Assembly (NCBI RefSeq): GCF_006345805.1
Contig: NC_042999.1
Location: forward strand, 138,570,001-138,634,000
Origin: Octopus sinensis
Lineage: Eukaryota
Direction of reading: 5' to 3'
DNA length: 64,000 nucleotides
Below, piece after piece: positions 1 to 13,900 of this stretch; within the stretch, counting starts at the first letter, position 1; the number at the start of each line of letters is the position of its first letter. Made by a program: the position numbers and the translations under genes. A model generated the notes under the pieces. That model saw only the letters and a list, made by a program, of their open reading frames with translations. It was not told where the DNA came from and made no database searches.

Positions 1-1675
1 AGGCTTTTCAGAGGTACATCCCCCTAAAAATCCTTGAGGATTTACAGTATATTATTTGGGCTGCATATGCTATAGAGTTAAACCATGTGCATTTACCCTC
101 TCGTTTTATCCCTACTAGACGTGGATCACTGTCTTTTATGATCACCACCACTTGCTGTTCCTGAGATAAGAGCAATACTAGTGAAATAATGTTATTAGCT
201 CAAATACACCAGCAGTCCTAACCCGGAACAGAGTTCCATCTTTGACTGTGAAGTGATGATGCTTTTATCACTTGCTTAGAACTTGATCCTGTAAAAGTTT
301 TAGTCAACTTTCTCTCCTATCATTATAAGCTGTATAGGGATACAATAAGCACTAGAGATTCTTCTGCTGACATATGAACTAAAGAAACTAAGGGTAATAT
401 ATATCTGTAACATAGTATATAACAAACCATTTCTTCAGTCAATGGTCTAAAATCAAAAGTCTCTAAATTATGATCTTAAGGATCTTATCCAGTCCAAACG
501 TTTTGAAGTATAAGTATGATTAAAAAAAATATACGGTAACGAGTCGATAAAAATAAATGACTATCGGGTTAAATTAAAATTAAAATCGACTCACTACTAC
601 CACAATTCAGTCAGCCATAGTTGTCTCCCTTGCATTAAAAAATAATCTATCAGCAATAATTATCTCCCCTTACAAAAACAACCAAAATATCGCTGAGATT
701 ACTCGGAGACCATTCTGGTAATGAGAAATGACTACTCGAACAAATTTAGGCCTCAGTAATACTCAAGGATTGATTTAAGGACTTATTTATTACATTATTT
801 TAACTGTGAATACTGCTCTTGTGTAATAAAATTTTTAAATTATTGAAACCATATTTTCGTCGCTTTGAGACCGCGACCTGTTGAAGTGAATCTAACGGTT
901 TTTGTGTGTTTTTAAATGGCTTGTAAATGCCTTCCACGCTGCAACTGTTTTTGTTTCAGCACACGGTTTCATATCAGGTCACTTAATATACAAACACATC
1001 TCCGTGGTTATTAAAGCCAATCTAGTGGTAAAGAGTAAATAGCTTTGGCTGGTATGGGAGACAACTCCTCAAATTTAACCAGAATTATCTGCCTTCATTA
1101 ATACTAAATGGATTGATTTTTATCTCCGAGAATTTCACCCCATACTCCAAGATTGTCATTGAGCACCGGAAAAGAAATCATACATAGTAAATTTAAAAAA
1201 TTAAAATGTTAACAACAAAAGTTAATCTGGTGGTATTATATTACAAAATTAAAGATAAGCTGTGAGATTTATGCTTTGCTGAAGAGAGTCAAACCAAAAA
1301 CCTGTTTCCCCTCATTGCCAAAATGTAAAAATAATATTGTTCTAATTTTATCTTTTCTTCACTACATAAGTATTTCTGATCATTATTTGTTGCTACAGTA
1401 AATATATTAACACTAACTTAACTAATAGTGATAGAGTTTGGTGCTAATAACACAAAAGCAGTCACAGAATCATATTACAATATTAACACTTTTAATTAAT
1501 AGAGAAATAAACAAAATACATGCCACCAGACAGGAGTTAATTTAGTTGAATGACTTTTTTTTTTTATACTAGAAAATATATTGTTCATTTTTTCATCATT
1601 TCAAATATATTTCTGGTCTGAAGCTGAAGCTTTCTTCATATAAAAAAGAAATTTTAAAAAAATGAAAGCACTTAC

Positions 1676-1931
1676 TTCCAACCATTACCGACCATAGAGA
1701 GAACAGCAGAAACAAAGCCATCTGATGATAGAACGTTGAAGAATTCTTTGCTGTTATAAGTACGGAACATCGGTGGTACAAGACCCATAATCAGTGAGAA
1801 GAAGAGACCAATGAAAATAGAGTCTGAGGCATCTGGGATTTTTTCAACTTTTTCTATGATGACCCAGCTGATATGTAATGCAGTGAGATCAACCTTTTGA
1901 CACTCATCACCTTCCCATATTACACAACTCA
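1676..1931 (-). CDS. Phtf: Phtf exon 11 (VSCVIWEGDECQKVDLTALHISWVIIEKVE...GNGW)
   Basis: 256 nt, phase 1-2; acceptor cttaattacAG, donor TGGAA|GTAAGT; conserved start of the PHTF C-terminal domain. Confidence 0.94.
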
Positions 1932-4900
1932 CTGTAATTAAGAAGTAAGAAAATGATTGTCAAGGACATCTAAATCTTTGATTATTGAACTTCTTTATCA
2001 ATATAAGATACGGAACAATGGTTTTATTGTGGACGATGTCATTATCATTTAATGTCTGCAACAAGGAGACAGTAACGTACACACATGCACATCGCATACA
2101 TATGATGGGATTTTTTCAGTTTCTCTCTACCTAATCTCCTCATAAGGCTTTGGTCAGCTTTGGGCTATAATAGATGACACTTGCTTAAGGTGCCATACAA
2201 TGGGAATGAACCTGGAAACTATGTGATTGTGAAATCATGAAATTGCTGGTGAATGAGAGAATGGTGGCAAATCAAATTTCACATGTGGAAAGAAATATCT
2301 CACCATGTATGAGAACCTTCCAGTCGTCAGCAATGACAGTACAAATTTCTTGTTTCCCACAGAAGCAGAAGTCAAACATCAACAATGTAAATAATCATCA
2401 CCAGAAATATCTTTCACTGTCACTTAAAAATTTCCAGGTTGACCACCATCAATGTTTGTAGGCCTGGGAAGATTGTGGAGATGTTGGAGTGGAGGTGAGT
2501 GAATGTGCAGTCATGTGCAAAGGTAACAGAGAAAGGACTCTTGGCCAATTCATCATCAGGAAGGAAGAGCAATACAAATTCTTTTGGATAGGAATAGATT
2601 TCTTTATTGGCCACGCAGGGCTGAACACAAAAGGGACAAAATACAAAGTAGAGCTTTTCTTTTTGGAAAAAGAGAAGGAAAAAAAAAGGGGGGGGTCGAT
2701 TTCCAATCAAAAGGGATTGTGAAAAAAAAAAGGGGTGGGATGATCAATAGGGATCGTGTATCACAGAAGTGTCAATGTGAAAAGGGAAAACAGATTAGGT
2801 TTGTCCATGGATAGAAAAGCCTACGCAAAAAGCCACAAGAACCTTGGGCAATAGTGTCGTGCAAAAAGAAAACACATGACAATAAGTGGCTCTCTTTTTT
2901 CCTTTGGTTTTTTTTTTTTTTTTTTGGTTCATAGGATTATGCTCAAGCTGGCTCTGCCATTCACATGTGCCATCCTTGCTACATTCACCCATCTTTTTTT
3001 AGCAATAGTGAAAGCACTGTAGGCACACTAATAGCTGAGAAATGGATAGTTAAAGTAAATGAGGTAACCAGAGAGGATAATTAACTTTAGACTAATTATA
3101 GATAACTTGGTAGCAACATTTACTTCTGCATATGCTCAACAATCAGAGTTGAAAGATGATCTGAAGAATCACTTTTATGAAATCCTTTTGCAGACTACTT
3201 TGACAGTATTTGACAGTGACCTAATAATTGAGGCTAACAATTTGAATAGTCATGAAGGCTTCTGAAGTGTACATGGAGGTTATGGTTATAGTGCAAGAAA
3301 GGAGTTTTGTGATACAAGAGATAAAATATATTTGCAACACCTAACTGGTGTTGCAAATATGTATAGAAGTGCAGTCAGCAATGAGTTCAGCAGGATTTAG
3401 CATGCAGCTAGGAGTTCATGCAGGCTCAATCCTCTGCTCCTTCCCAGTTCATTACAGTCTTACAAGCTACAATGGTGGAATTTAAAACCAGGTGTCAGTA
3501 GGAGCTCTTATGTGCTGATGACCTAGTTCTTATAGCTGAATCTAAAGTACTGGGTTGTCCCATAAATAATGAAGTTTTTCTCAATTGCACAAACTAAAAG
3601 TCGATGGGGATGGGATAAACTCCCTGCATCAACTTGCTATGAAAGCAAGTAGTAATTTTATCTTATTCTTAGTGCAGGTTTTCAAGAGTGCAGTTTGATT
3701 TTAACACTTATTTTTTCAAAGCTATAATGGAAATGACAAAGGTGCATATTTGGCATATTTTGCTTTATGAGTTCAATAAAGGCAACAATGCAATGGAAAG
3801 TGTGAGAAATATTGATGCAGTATATGGGGATCAGACAATACAAGTAAGCCAGTGTCAACAGGTTCCAAAAATTCTGAGCCGGAAACTACAGCCTAGAAGA
3901 TGGGCCTCATCCTGGAATATCTGTAGAGCTCGACGATGATGTCCTGCAAACCTTAGTGGAACAAAATCCCATCGTAACTGTTGAGGAACTAGCAGAGAAG
4001 CTTGGAGTTGGTCATTCATAAACACCTGCGAGCAGTCGGAAAAGTCAGCAAATTGGGTCAATGGGTTGCTCACAAACTTTCCGAGTCTTATTGTATGCAG
4101 TGAGTGAATGTATGCTCTTCTTTGCTGTCATGTCTCACGAATGAACCTTTTTTTTGTGGGGACCAAATATTGACTGGTGATGAGAAATGGATTCTCTATA
4201 AAAATGTTAAGCACCAAAGATAGTGAGTAAGGAAAGGAGAAACACCGGCACCCCAGGCTAAAGAAGGTCTTCACCCATGTAAGGTGTTGTTATCTATTTG
4301 ATGGTATATGAAAAATTTAGTCCACTTTGAACTTTTAAACCAAAACCAAACGATAACAAAGGAGATCTACTGCAAGCAGCTTAAGTCAGAGCTAGAAGGA
4401 AAACGACCATCTTTGGTTTCAAGACAAAAAGTGTTCTACCATCAGGATAATACTCAGTCACATACAGTGAAGATGATATTCTAAAGGCTGGAGCAGTTTG
4501 AATGAGAAATGATGCCCCACCCACCATATTCACAGGACATCGCTCCATCTGATTATTGTTTATTCCGCAGTCTTCAAAAGCATTTGGACAGAGAAAATAT
4601 GAATTCTGTAGATGAGGTCAGAGCAGTACTGGAGGATTATTTCTAGTCACAGACAAGTGAATTTTGAAAGAGGGGGCCTTGCAAATCTACCAGATAGAAG
4701 GAAGAATATTGTAGAAAATGAAGGAGAGTATATTTTAGATTAAAAAAGAACTTTGTTTATCTTAATTTCGAAAAATAAAAAAGTGTAAAAAAACCGCATT
4801 ATTTATGGGATGACCCAATAGAATTAAAACTGAAATAGCAGGCATGTAAACAAAGGCATTGAAGTAAACTTCAAAGGTGTTGAAGTAAACAAAGTCTAAA

Positions 4901-7900
4901 TTATTAGTAAGTAGGGAAGAAGACAGGAATTAGTTACCATCAGAAAAATAGGTTTGTTTCATATACAGAAAAGAAATACGTAAATATTACATATATTGCT
5001 CTCCCTGTAAATTATGATACACAAGAAGTATTGACAGATTACCGGTAGATTAATACAGAAGGTATACTTAGTAGGTAACAGATGCAGCGAAGGTAATAAG
5101 TACTAAGAGCACAGGGCTCTCTAGAGTTGGTTGATAGCTTCTGTTATCTACATGACAGAGTCAACAAAAGTGTTGTTTCAAAAGTGCAGGAACCAGAATG
5201 AAAAAGGATAGCAAAAAAAAAAGAGTCCAAGGGTGATATTACTTGTGCTGGCAAGAGAGTTCTCTCGCAGAGTGAAAGGTAAACTGTGTGATGCTTGCAT
5301 TGAAATTACAAAGCTGCATGATAGTGAAAAATGATCATCAATGTAGAGAACTTACAGAGGCTAGAAAGAAATGAAGCAAACAACTTCGCTGAATACATCA
5401 TGTTAGTACTGGAGTACCAATGGGCTGAGAGAAAAAATGGGTACAAGAGGAGTCAGATACAAGATAACCTAACATTGTATTCTGGACCATATGTATAATG
5501 AGTTCTACACCAGGTTATCAATCTTGCTATGCCAATGCAAAATATTAAAATACACACACATCCTGTGAAGTCTACAGTTGTTGCCCTTCCACATCTTTGA
5601 CTTCTCATCTCCCTATCACTCTTGCCATCCATTTCACAAAGGATGGTATGAGCACAACTCCATTCTATGCCCCCTACCATCATCACTATAGCTCCACCTC
5701 TCTTACCCATCATATGACTGACATGTGAGACTTCATTGGACCTGTTTGTACCCAACACATCTACCCTCACCCTTTTCTGTATTGCTGGTCATCATTCACT
5801 CTCCCAATGGGCACTTGTTACTGTCATTCATCACTCACTCTAACCATAATATATCTTTACTATCACCCATGACTCCCTTTTTTTCTCTCAACCCATCATT
5901 CCGTTTCTACCATCATACCTTTGTTCCCTTTTTCAAAGTATTCTGGCTGTTCTTCTGACATCACTCCCAGTACACTTTGCACATGGCGGCCAGTACACTT
6001 TGTAAAGTAGTCGGTGATAGGAAAGGCATTTAGCTGTAGAAACCAAGACAAAAATGAAACATACAAGCAAGATGTCATCCTCCAGTTCATCTGTAAGAGC
6101 AATGGCATCCAATCAAAATTGACTTGGATCATAGCATATCATCCAAACCATCTCAGCATGATAATTATGTGTGTGTGTGTAAGAGAGAGAGCGCAATGTG
6201 TTGTATTTGTACTGTTTGATAAAATACAAGAGTAACTTGCCTTTATCAGGAGGTGGTATATGACTTCCATGGCCAGCAGCTAGGTTACCAGGCTGAAAAA
6301 ACAAATCAGAAGACAATTTAGGACAGAAAAGAAATGGACTATATAGTAATTGTTACTATATGTAGCTCTGTATGTGTGCGAGTAGACGAAGAGAGAAGTG
6401 AGAGAAATAGTGATTTGTAATATTTACCAGCAAACATAGCAGATGGAAAATCTTAGATTCCACGACTGTTTGTGGTATATTACAACAAAACTGATTCAAT
6501 TGCTGTTCTACTACTACAAAGAAAATTAGTTTGAATTCTGAGACAAGCACTGCATGTCATGTCACATGTCTATGCATGTGACATTACTCCAATTGTTTCA
6601 TTTTATGAAATTGAAGTAAAGGAGAAAAAGGTGACTGTATAGATGAGGTATTGGACTAATAATGCAAGTTTCTTTGCCATGTAGCAGTTGAAATAGATAC
6701 TAGAAAGACCACCTGGGAATGTTATATTCACTAGACTGACATTCTAGCCAAAATATATTTATCAATCATTTCTTTTGTGCCATAGAACTGAAGTGAATTA
6801 GTGACTCTTAAGGACATCCTTCTGAGAGTAGAATACATTTGCCTATCTAACTGAAGCTCATGCAGACAATAAAGCTCTATGGATAGTTGTCAATCAAGCT
6901 TACATTATATCAGATACCAAATCAATAATATTAATTTCTTTAGACCAGGCATTATACCAAGTTTTGTAGATGGTATGGTTCATCAGTACAGTACTAGAAT
7001 ACATACTGCTGAAACTTAATTCATCCACTTTAAAAGCTTTAGAGCCAATGGATGACATTAAATATTGTCTCTAGTCTCCTACAATATCCCTACAATGGTT
7101 AAATGAAAATTTCTAGCTTTACAGCAGTATCCAATGTATGTAGCAAATACTTAATAAACTACTCTACTGATCTGGTTTCATTTTCAGATTGATAGGAACT
7201 TCTTTAATTAGATCTCTAAGGCTCTTCCTATAGCTTTTCTACCATAGGGCATTATACCCATGTAATATATACTCTTGTATATTTGAGCTTATAAGACTTC
7301 ATACAAGATTCAATCAGAACAATATTATACCTGTCTTCAGACATTCCCTTTCTGTTACATGTCCGCATCTAACTCTCTCTCTTTCTTCTCCCTCTCCTTC
7401 ATAGCTTTGTTCTATGTTCTCAAACTTCTCAAAGGGTTCAACAAGAGCACCATGAGCCAAATCATTCCACACATACACACACAAAATTAGATACATATTC
7501 TTGATGGTGTAACAGCAACCCAGCTTCTTGAGTGATGGATGGAACCAGGCTTTGAGAGAGATCACTCAAGGTTTTATGCTTTCAGCTGAGGGATACAACA
7601 AGAATAATAGGAGTGACCCTGAATGCCAGTTTCATTGCATTAAGTAGTTAAGAGAGAAATCTTAAGGAAAATATGTATCCCAGATGACAGTCCTAAAAGA
7701 TCTAGAGGAACTGAAGCAAATGAAATTAAGGTCTCTCTCCAAATGCATAACTGTGATTGATTTAAATTCACAACCCATACACTGGTAGCTTGTATCAACT
7801 CACATATAAGCAATTGGTACAATTATAACTCCTTGATAGAGAATCATATCAACATAAACTAATTTATCTTTTAGAGTAAACTTTATTGATGTTTTAACAG

Positions 7901-10900
7901 ATTCTTTTCAAAATTACTATCTGTATCTGAAACTTCTACTGCATTAAACATATACAATACTAATGGCTTGGTTCAGTTTGTGTAAGATTTAGTTTCTTAA
8001 GAGAAAACCGTGATTAGACAGTTATCACATAATATCTTCATGGTTAGATCTGGGTGTCAAACTGCAAAACTGTCCCAGACTGATCGCAATTCCCATTAGC
8101 AATCTCTATCTTCTGTTTGAAGCAGATGAAGAACAAACATGATTCAATCTTACTCTGTTCAGATACAATTTAAACACAATTTGATAACTGCAATCAAGCA
8201 AGTTAAAAATTGATTGAAGCCCTATCATTGTCTACTTGTCTCAGTGATGACGAGCTGAAAATAATAGCAAATGGTACTTTACTTATTTATCTTACTTACC
8301 AAGAGTTTCTGTTACTGTTTAGTCAGAGTTAGCTCTGATCAACCCTTTTAGTATCCAGATTATTGTCAAATGTAATGCTTATTTACTGACATTAATCCTG
8401 CACTATTTTGTAGCTTCAATATTTTTATGATGTGATTTTTTATTTTTAGAAAGACGTAGAAAAGGTGTGAGAGGTCAGATCTGACTAGTTTTAACTGACA
8501 GAATTTTTGGGCAGAATGTGGCCAGTTTAAATACTAAAGGATGAAAACATACTCAGATTTCCATTTTTTCATGAATAGTGTATCTAGAACATAATAATTT
8601 TCTTTTCAAGATGATGAGGTATGATTTGAAGGAGATTTGGCTGCAATTTTTAGCATGTTAAGCAACAATATAGAGGATCATTCAATGACTCAACTCTCAT
8701 GAGTGGTTCTAGATGGAGTTTCAAGATAAAAGCCAACACAACTAGATCTTAATAGAAAAGAAAGAAAACTTTTATTCTTTTCTCTGCATATTTTTGTTAA
8801 AGACAACAGTTGCTTATAGGAATGTCTCTATAAATTAAGATTTGGTAAATATATTTACAAAATTTCTAGTTATGATTAGACTAATTGGCTACGGATTTCT
8901 GAAGTGATGAAAGATTTAAAGAATAATAATAAATGAACATTTTTTTTTCAACTTATAAAAAAAGAGTACAACCAAACAAAAGAACACAACCTTGTTAGGA
9001 TTCATCAGTTGAAGTAATGAATTTTAATATATGTCAAGGGCAGCCTTTAAACACATATTACCAAATTCTGTGATGCTAAGCTAAAAGCAACTGAATATGA
9101 TGCCAGATTATACCAAGATTTTCCCGAGGAAGGAATGCAACTGTATAAGGTAAAAAAAAAAAGGGGATTTATTCAGGATATTACTGTTTAAATCACTGAA
9201 TAAGCACCTTTAGTAAGTATTCAGTGATATTATTCTATAGCATAATACTATTCTACTACAGTCTGCATATGTAAAAGTTTAATTGTTGAATGAAATCAAA
9301 GGCAAGCTATCATCCACACAACATATATATCACTCATAAGACAAATAACAGATAAACAAGCCTTTCTACTAAACGCACAAGGCCTGAAATTTTGGAGTGG
9401 AAGCTAGTCGATTACATCAACCCCAGCAAATAACTGATACTTATTTCATTGACCCTGAAAGGATGAAAGGCAAAGCTGACTTTAGCAGAATTTGAACGTA
9501 GAATGTAAAGACAGATGAAATACTGCCAAGCTCAGTGTGCTAATGATTCTGCTATTTTACCACCTTAATTGAGAGATAATAAATGAAACAAAATTTCAAC
9601 CTGTTATAGAGACAGCATTTACAATATTTATAAGGCAATTGACTGATAAATATCTGAAATTAAGTATGATATATATATAAATTACTGACATATAAATTTT
9701 CGTTGTCAAGATATGAGAATTTTCATAATCCTAAGAATGGCACAATATAAATCCTGTTCAATTGTCTGGATATATCTAGTTCAACTGTTCCGGTATGCTG
9801 GCAGTATGAATGGTAAGGCCTAGACCAGCTATGCTGAAATCCTTGGGCCATAACAGTCAACGAGCAAACTGGGGTCAGGAGGGTTTAATGAATGGAGTAG
9901 AGAGGTGGGTGAAGGTTCTGGTGAGGGAGGTGGGAGAGAAATAGAAATGGGAAGATAAAAACACACATTAACAAACTCAACTGACCTCAGTTGTTGGCCA
10001 GTTAACACTAAATGAACTTTTCAATCATCTTATATATATATTACATAAAGATATAGATAGATTGATAGGTTAGGCAAATAGCTAGTGAGAGAGAGAGAGA
10101 AAGAGAGAGGGGGAGAGAGAGAAGAGAGAGAGCAAGACAAGTGGGAAGATGCATTAATGTTAATAATTAGTATATGAAAAATAGTGTTATACAGATTTCA
10201 CATGAAAGGGAAAACGTAAAGTTATTTAATTAGATAAAGCATGGAAAAGTGATGTGAGAGATGAATGAAAATGAATTAAGTTCGTTAACTCATACTGATT
10301 GTAGAAGATTTATGACATTCAGGTTATTGACATTCCAGTCAGGAATCTGGAATTCATCGGACTGGCCATGTGTTTTGGAAAGTTCAGCTTCTGATGTACA
10401 GCTACTGGTCTCAAAGCTGGATGTCACAATGTCAGAGTGCATTCGATCATCCCACTCCTCAGAGCTGAGCATAGGCTGCAACATAAGAAACCATACATGA
10501 ATAAGGCAGCACTCGGGTTGAAAACAAAACACCAGTATTGTTGAAGCACTTACATATTATATAAGATATCCAAACAAGTCCAGTTCTCTCTCTCTCTTTC
10601 TCTCACACTCGCTCTCTCTCTCTCTCTCACACTCTCTCCCCCTTATCTCTCTCATTCAAACACTGCAGCTACAGCTTGAGTGAAGTTTAACTTGAACTAG
10701 TGAGTAATTCTAACATTTAGTAACTCTCTACTACCACTCTGAGGAACTGAAAAGTGGTTTTGTTTATGTCTATTGATCATTAGGATTAATAGACATAAGA
10801 GTTTAACAGAGCACAAATCCTTCAGAGTTTAACTTCCTAGACAAATTGTTAATTATGTTACTGATTTATAGCTAGTAAAACTAAGGTAAGTGAAGATAGC

Positions 10901-13900
10901 TATTTTGTTTCCAGGTAATGTCCATATCTTTCAAGCACTACCAAACATTAATATGAAATTATTGTGAATAGAACCATCTAAACAATTAGTATAAAAATGT
11001 AAGAATATTCAAATAACTCTGGTCTTCAGACATAAACTAACACCAACTTGAGTGACAGAAGTATTGGAAATCTCACTCCAAACACTAACAATACACATTT
11101 TCATGCTACACTATATTAAACTCACACATACACAATAAAAAAAATATTACAGTATCACACAGCTGTTAATATTTTATCTATCTCTACCCAATAAAACTAT
11201 ATTAGCAACAGGCAAATCTATTTTATTTTACAAGTAGCAATCAATTCTAAGAAATATATAGCAACGATAAGAAATATTCATAGTTTAATCTTGAATTATT
11301 GTAAAAATAAATAGAAAGCAAGCAAAAAAATACTCCACCACACAAAAAAAATCTGTTGTTAAATAATTTCAATTATTAGTTTTATGATGTATTGGTGTGC
11401 AGTGTACAATATTGTATAGAATAGATTATAAAGAAGTGGTTGTCATAGTAACTGTTAATCTTGTTACATCACTATAATTGCATACGTATTGTATGTTAAT
11501 GTTTTCATGGTTAAATCTTTAGACAAAAAGCTCCTTGTTGGAGTTGAAAGAGACACAGAAATGTATTGTATTTATCTGCTTTGTGTTACCCAATTGATAA
11601 ATTTTAAAAATATCAAGGACTCCGACTCTTTCTGGAACTCAAGTTGAGATTCAGATTTTCATTGAAGTGCAACACATCATGGGCAAACATATGATAGAGC
11701 AGTGAGGACCTGTTAATCTTACAAGATACAAAGCAAGCTTACAGCTACTGGTATCTTTAAAAATGCACCCAGCACATTCTGTAAAGTGACTAGCAAATAA
11801 GCAGAGACAACATGGGTTGAGAGGACCATTTAGTCCTGTTGAGAACATGACAATGTGGGTACACAAGGGAAAATATATATTTTTATTTGCAGGGGATGTG
11901 GCAGGGAGATCTGCATGTAGCTCAGTTTGTAATGAGAAATCTGGAGATGTTCAGCAGTCTAAGAAAACAGATCTTGGGTGAGTCTACTTCTAATATTATG
12001 TTATTGTTTTTGAGTGTTGGATTCTCTGATCTTTGTCTGCGGAACAGGTAACTTCAGTGAAATGTAAGATAAGTTAATGTATAGTAATTTCCTTCACAGA
12101 TCATTAAGGAATATCCTGAACAGGAATACAGGGCATGACTCACAGACAGGAATTGTAAGACTTTCAACACTTTCAAAATCAAGCAAGCAACAATTCTTAC
12201 AGAAAGAATTTTCAATGGAAAATCAGTTGGCCATACTACAGGAAATATCTCATTGAGTGCAAGAAGAACAAAAGTGTAAAAACATCAAGTTCTATGGAGG
12301 TACATATCTTGCAAATATGTATTCCATTTCTCTGTACCTTTCTCCACTCAAATAAAAGTCCACTGAATTGAAAATAAGGTTTCCTGTTTGAACACTAAAA
12401 CTTATAAATTATATTAGCCTCATAAATATTTCCACCAAAGCTGGAATATTTATTATTGTTTCTGGTATTTCTAACAACATCTTGTCCACAGTTTTGTTTA
12501 TGCTTTCACTGATAAGCTTCAGTTTCATATATGTCTAGTATATATCATTTTCAAGTCTTATTGATTTACTGAAAGTCACAACCACCTCAGACAGTAAGGT
12601 GTCAGTTTACTAGCTAAAATAGAGATAGTCAATGTTTTATTACTGGCAAAGTGCAATGTTTATGTCCAGCTTGTAAATATAGGGGAAAAAAACTATGGGG
12701 AGTCACAGTTCATAAGGCCTACTCAATAATTGATAAGCATCTTGTTATTTTGAAACCCAGCCACAGTCCTACAGAATGCAATAAGAAACCTATATCTGTC
12801 TCTCTTAAAGTCCTTGACAGTAAAGTACTGTGCATTTTATAATCTTTTAAGAATGGATGTAATAAATACCATACCCAACCTTTCTTACTTCAGTTCTCAA
12901 GTAAGACACATTAGAGTATGTAGCACATGTGTTAGCATAGCTTTGTAGGTGCAGGTATGGCCATATGGTTAAAATGTTCACTTTGCAACCCTATGGCTTC
13001 AGATACCATCCAAATACATGGCAAATTATTCAATTGTCTTCTGCTACAGCTTCAAGTCAATCAATAACTTGTAAGTGAAATTTGGTTCATGAAAACTGTA
13101 CTGAAGCCTATATTATATACCTGTATGTGTGTGTGTGTGTGTTTTAACATCTACTCTCCATGTTTGAATGGTCAGTTGAGGTTTAGTTGAAGCAAAACTT
13201 TCTACAGCTGGATGCTTCTCCTGTCACCAGCCTTCATCTGTTTCCAAGAAAAGTAAAAGTTTCCCTAGTCTGTTGAGCAATAAATAATTTGATTTATTCC
13301 AGTTTCCATCTTCCAAATTTCACTCACAAGGTATTGGTCAAGCCATAGCTGGAACAAAGGACATTAACCAAAAACATCTACACAGTAGAAAAGAACTGCA
13401 AACCATGTGATTCCAAAGCAAAATTTCTTAACCATGCAACCCTACCTGTGCTTGATTTTGCTTTTAAAAATTGATTCTAATGAAATTCAACTTAGAACCA
13501 TTCTATATCTTAAATATATGCATGCAATCTTATCCAAATAAATGAATGTAGAATCACAGGTAATATGGAGAGGTTCTCTACATAAGTGCTCTCCATCAAA
13601 TCAAACTCAATCATCTTAAAAAAGAAATAAGGAAAATAAGAAAATGTAGTTGTTTATATGCCTATAAAATGGGATTGTAGTCACAGCTGATTTTCAGCCT
13701 GATTAATTAGAGCTGATCTACAGTTAGACAATAACAATACAAATACAGGGTCCACAAAAACAGGGTCTCATTAACACACATACAGACATATAGACTTGCA
13801 CTTACAAATGGTACAACTAAAACCTTTCTAAATGTTTTTAAAATATCACACACACTCATGCATACTTCAATGGGATATATTCTTACCTTTCTATATCCTA

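Noticed and set aside
1-1675. Next Phtf exon (expected ...AERTYKQR/LFAKLF region)
   Set aside because: No phase-2 exon with these motifs found by eye; it presumably lies left of the window.
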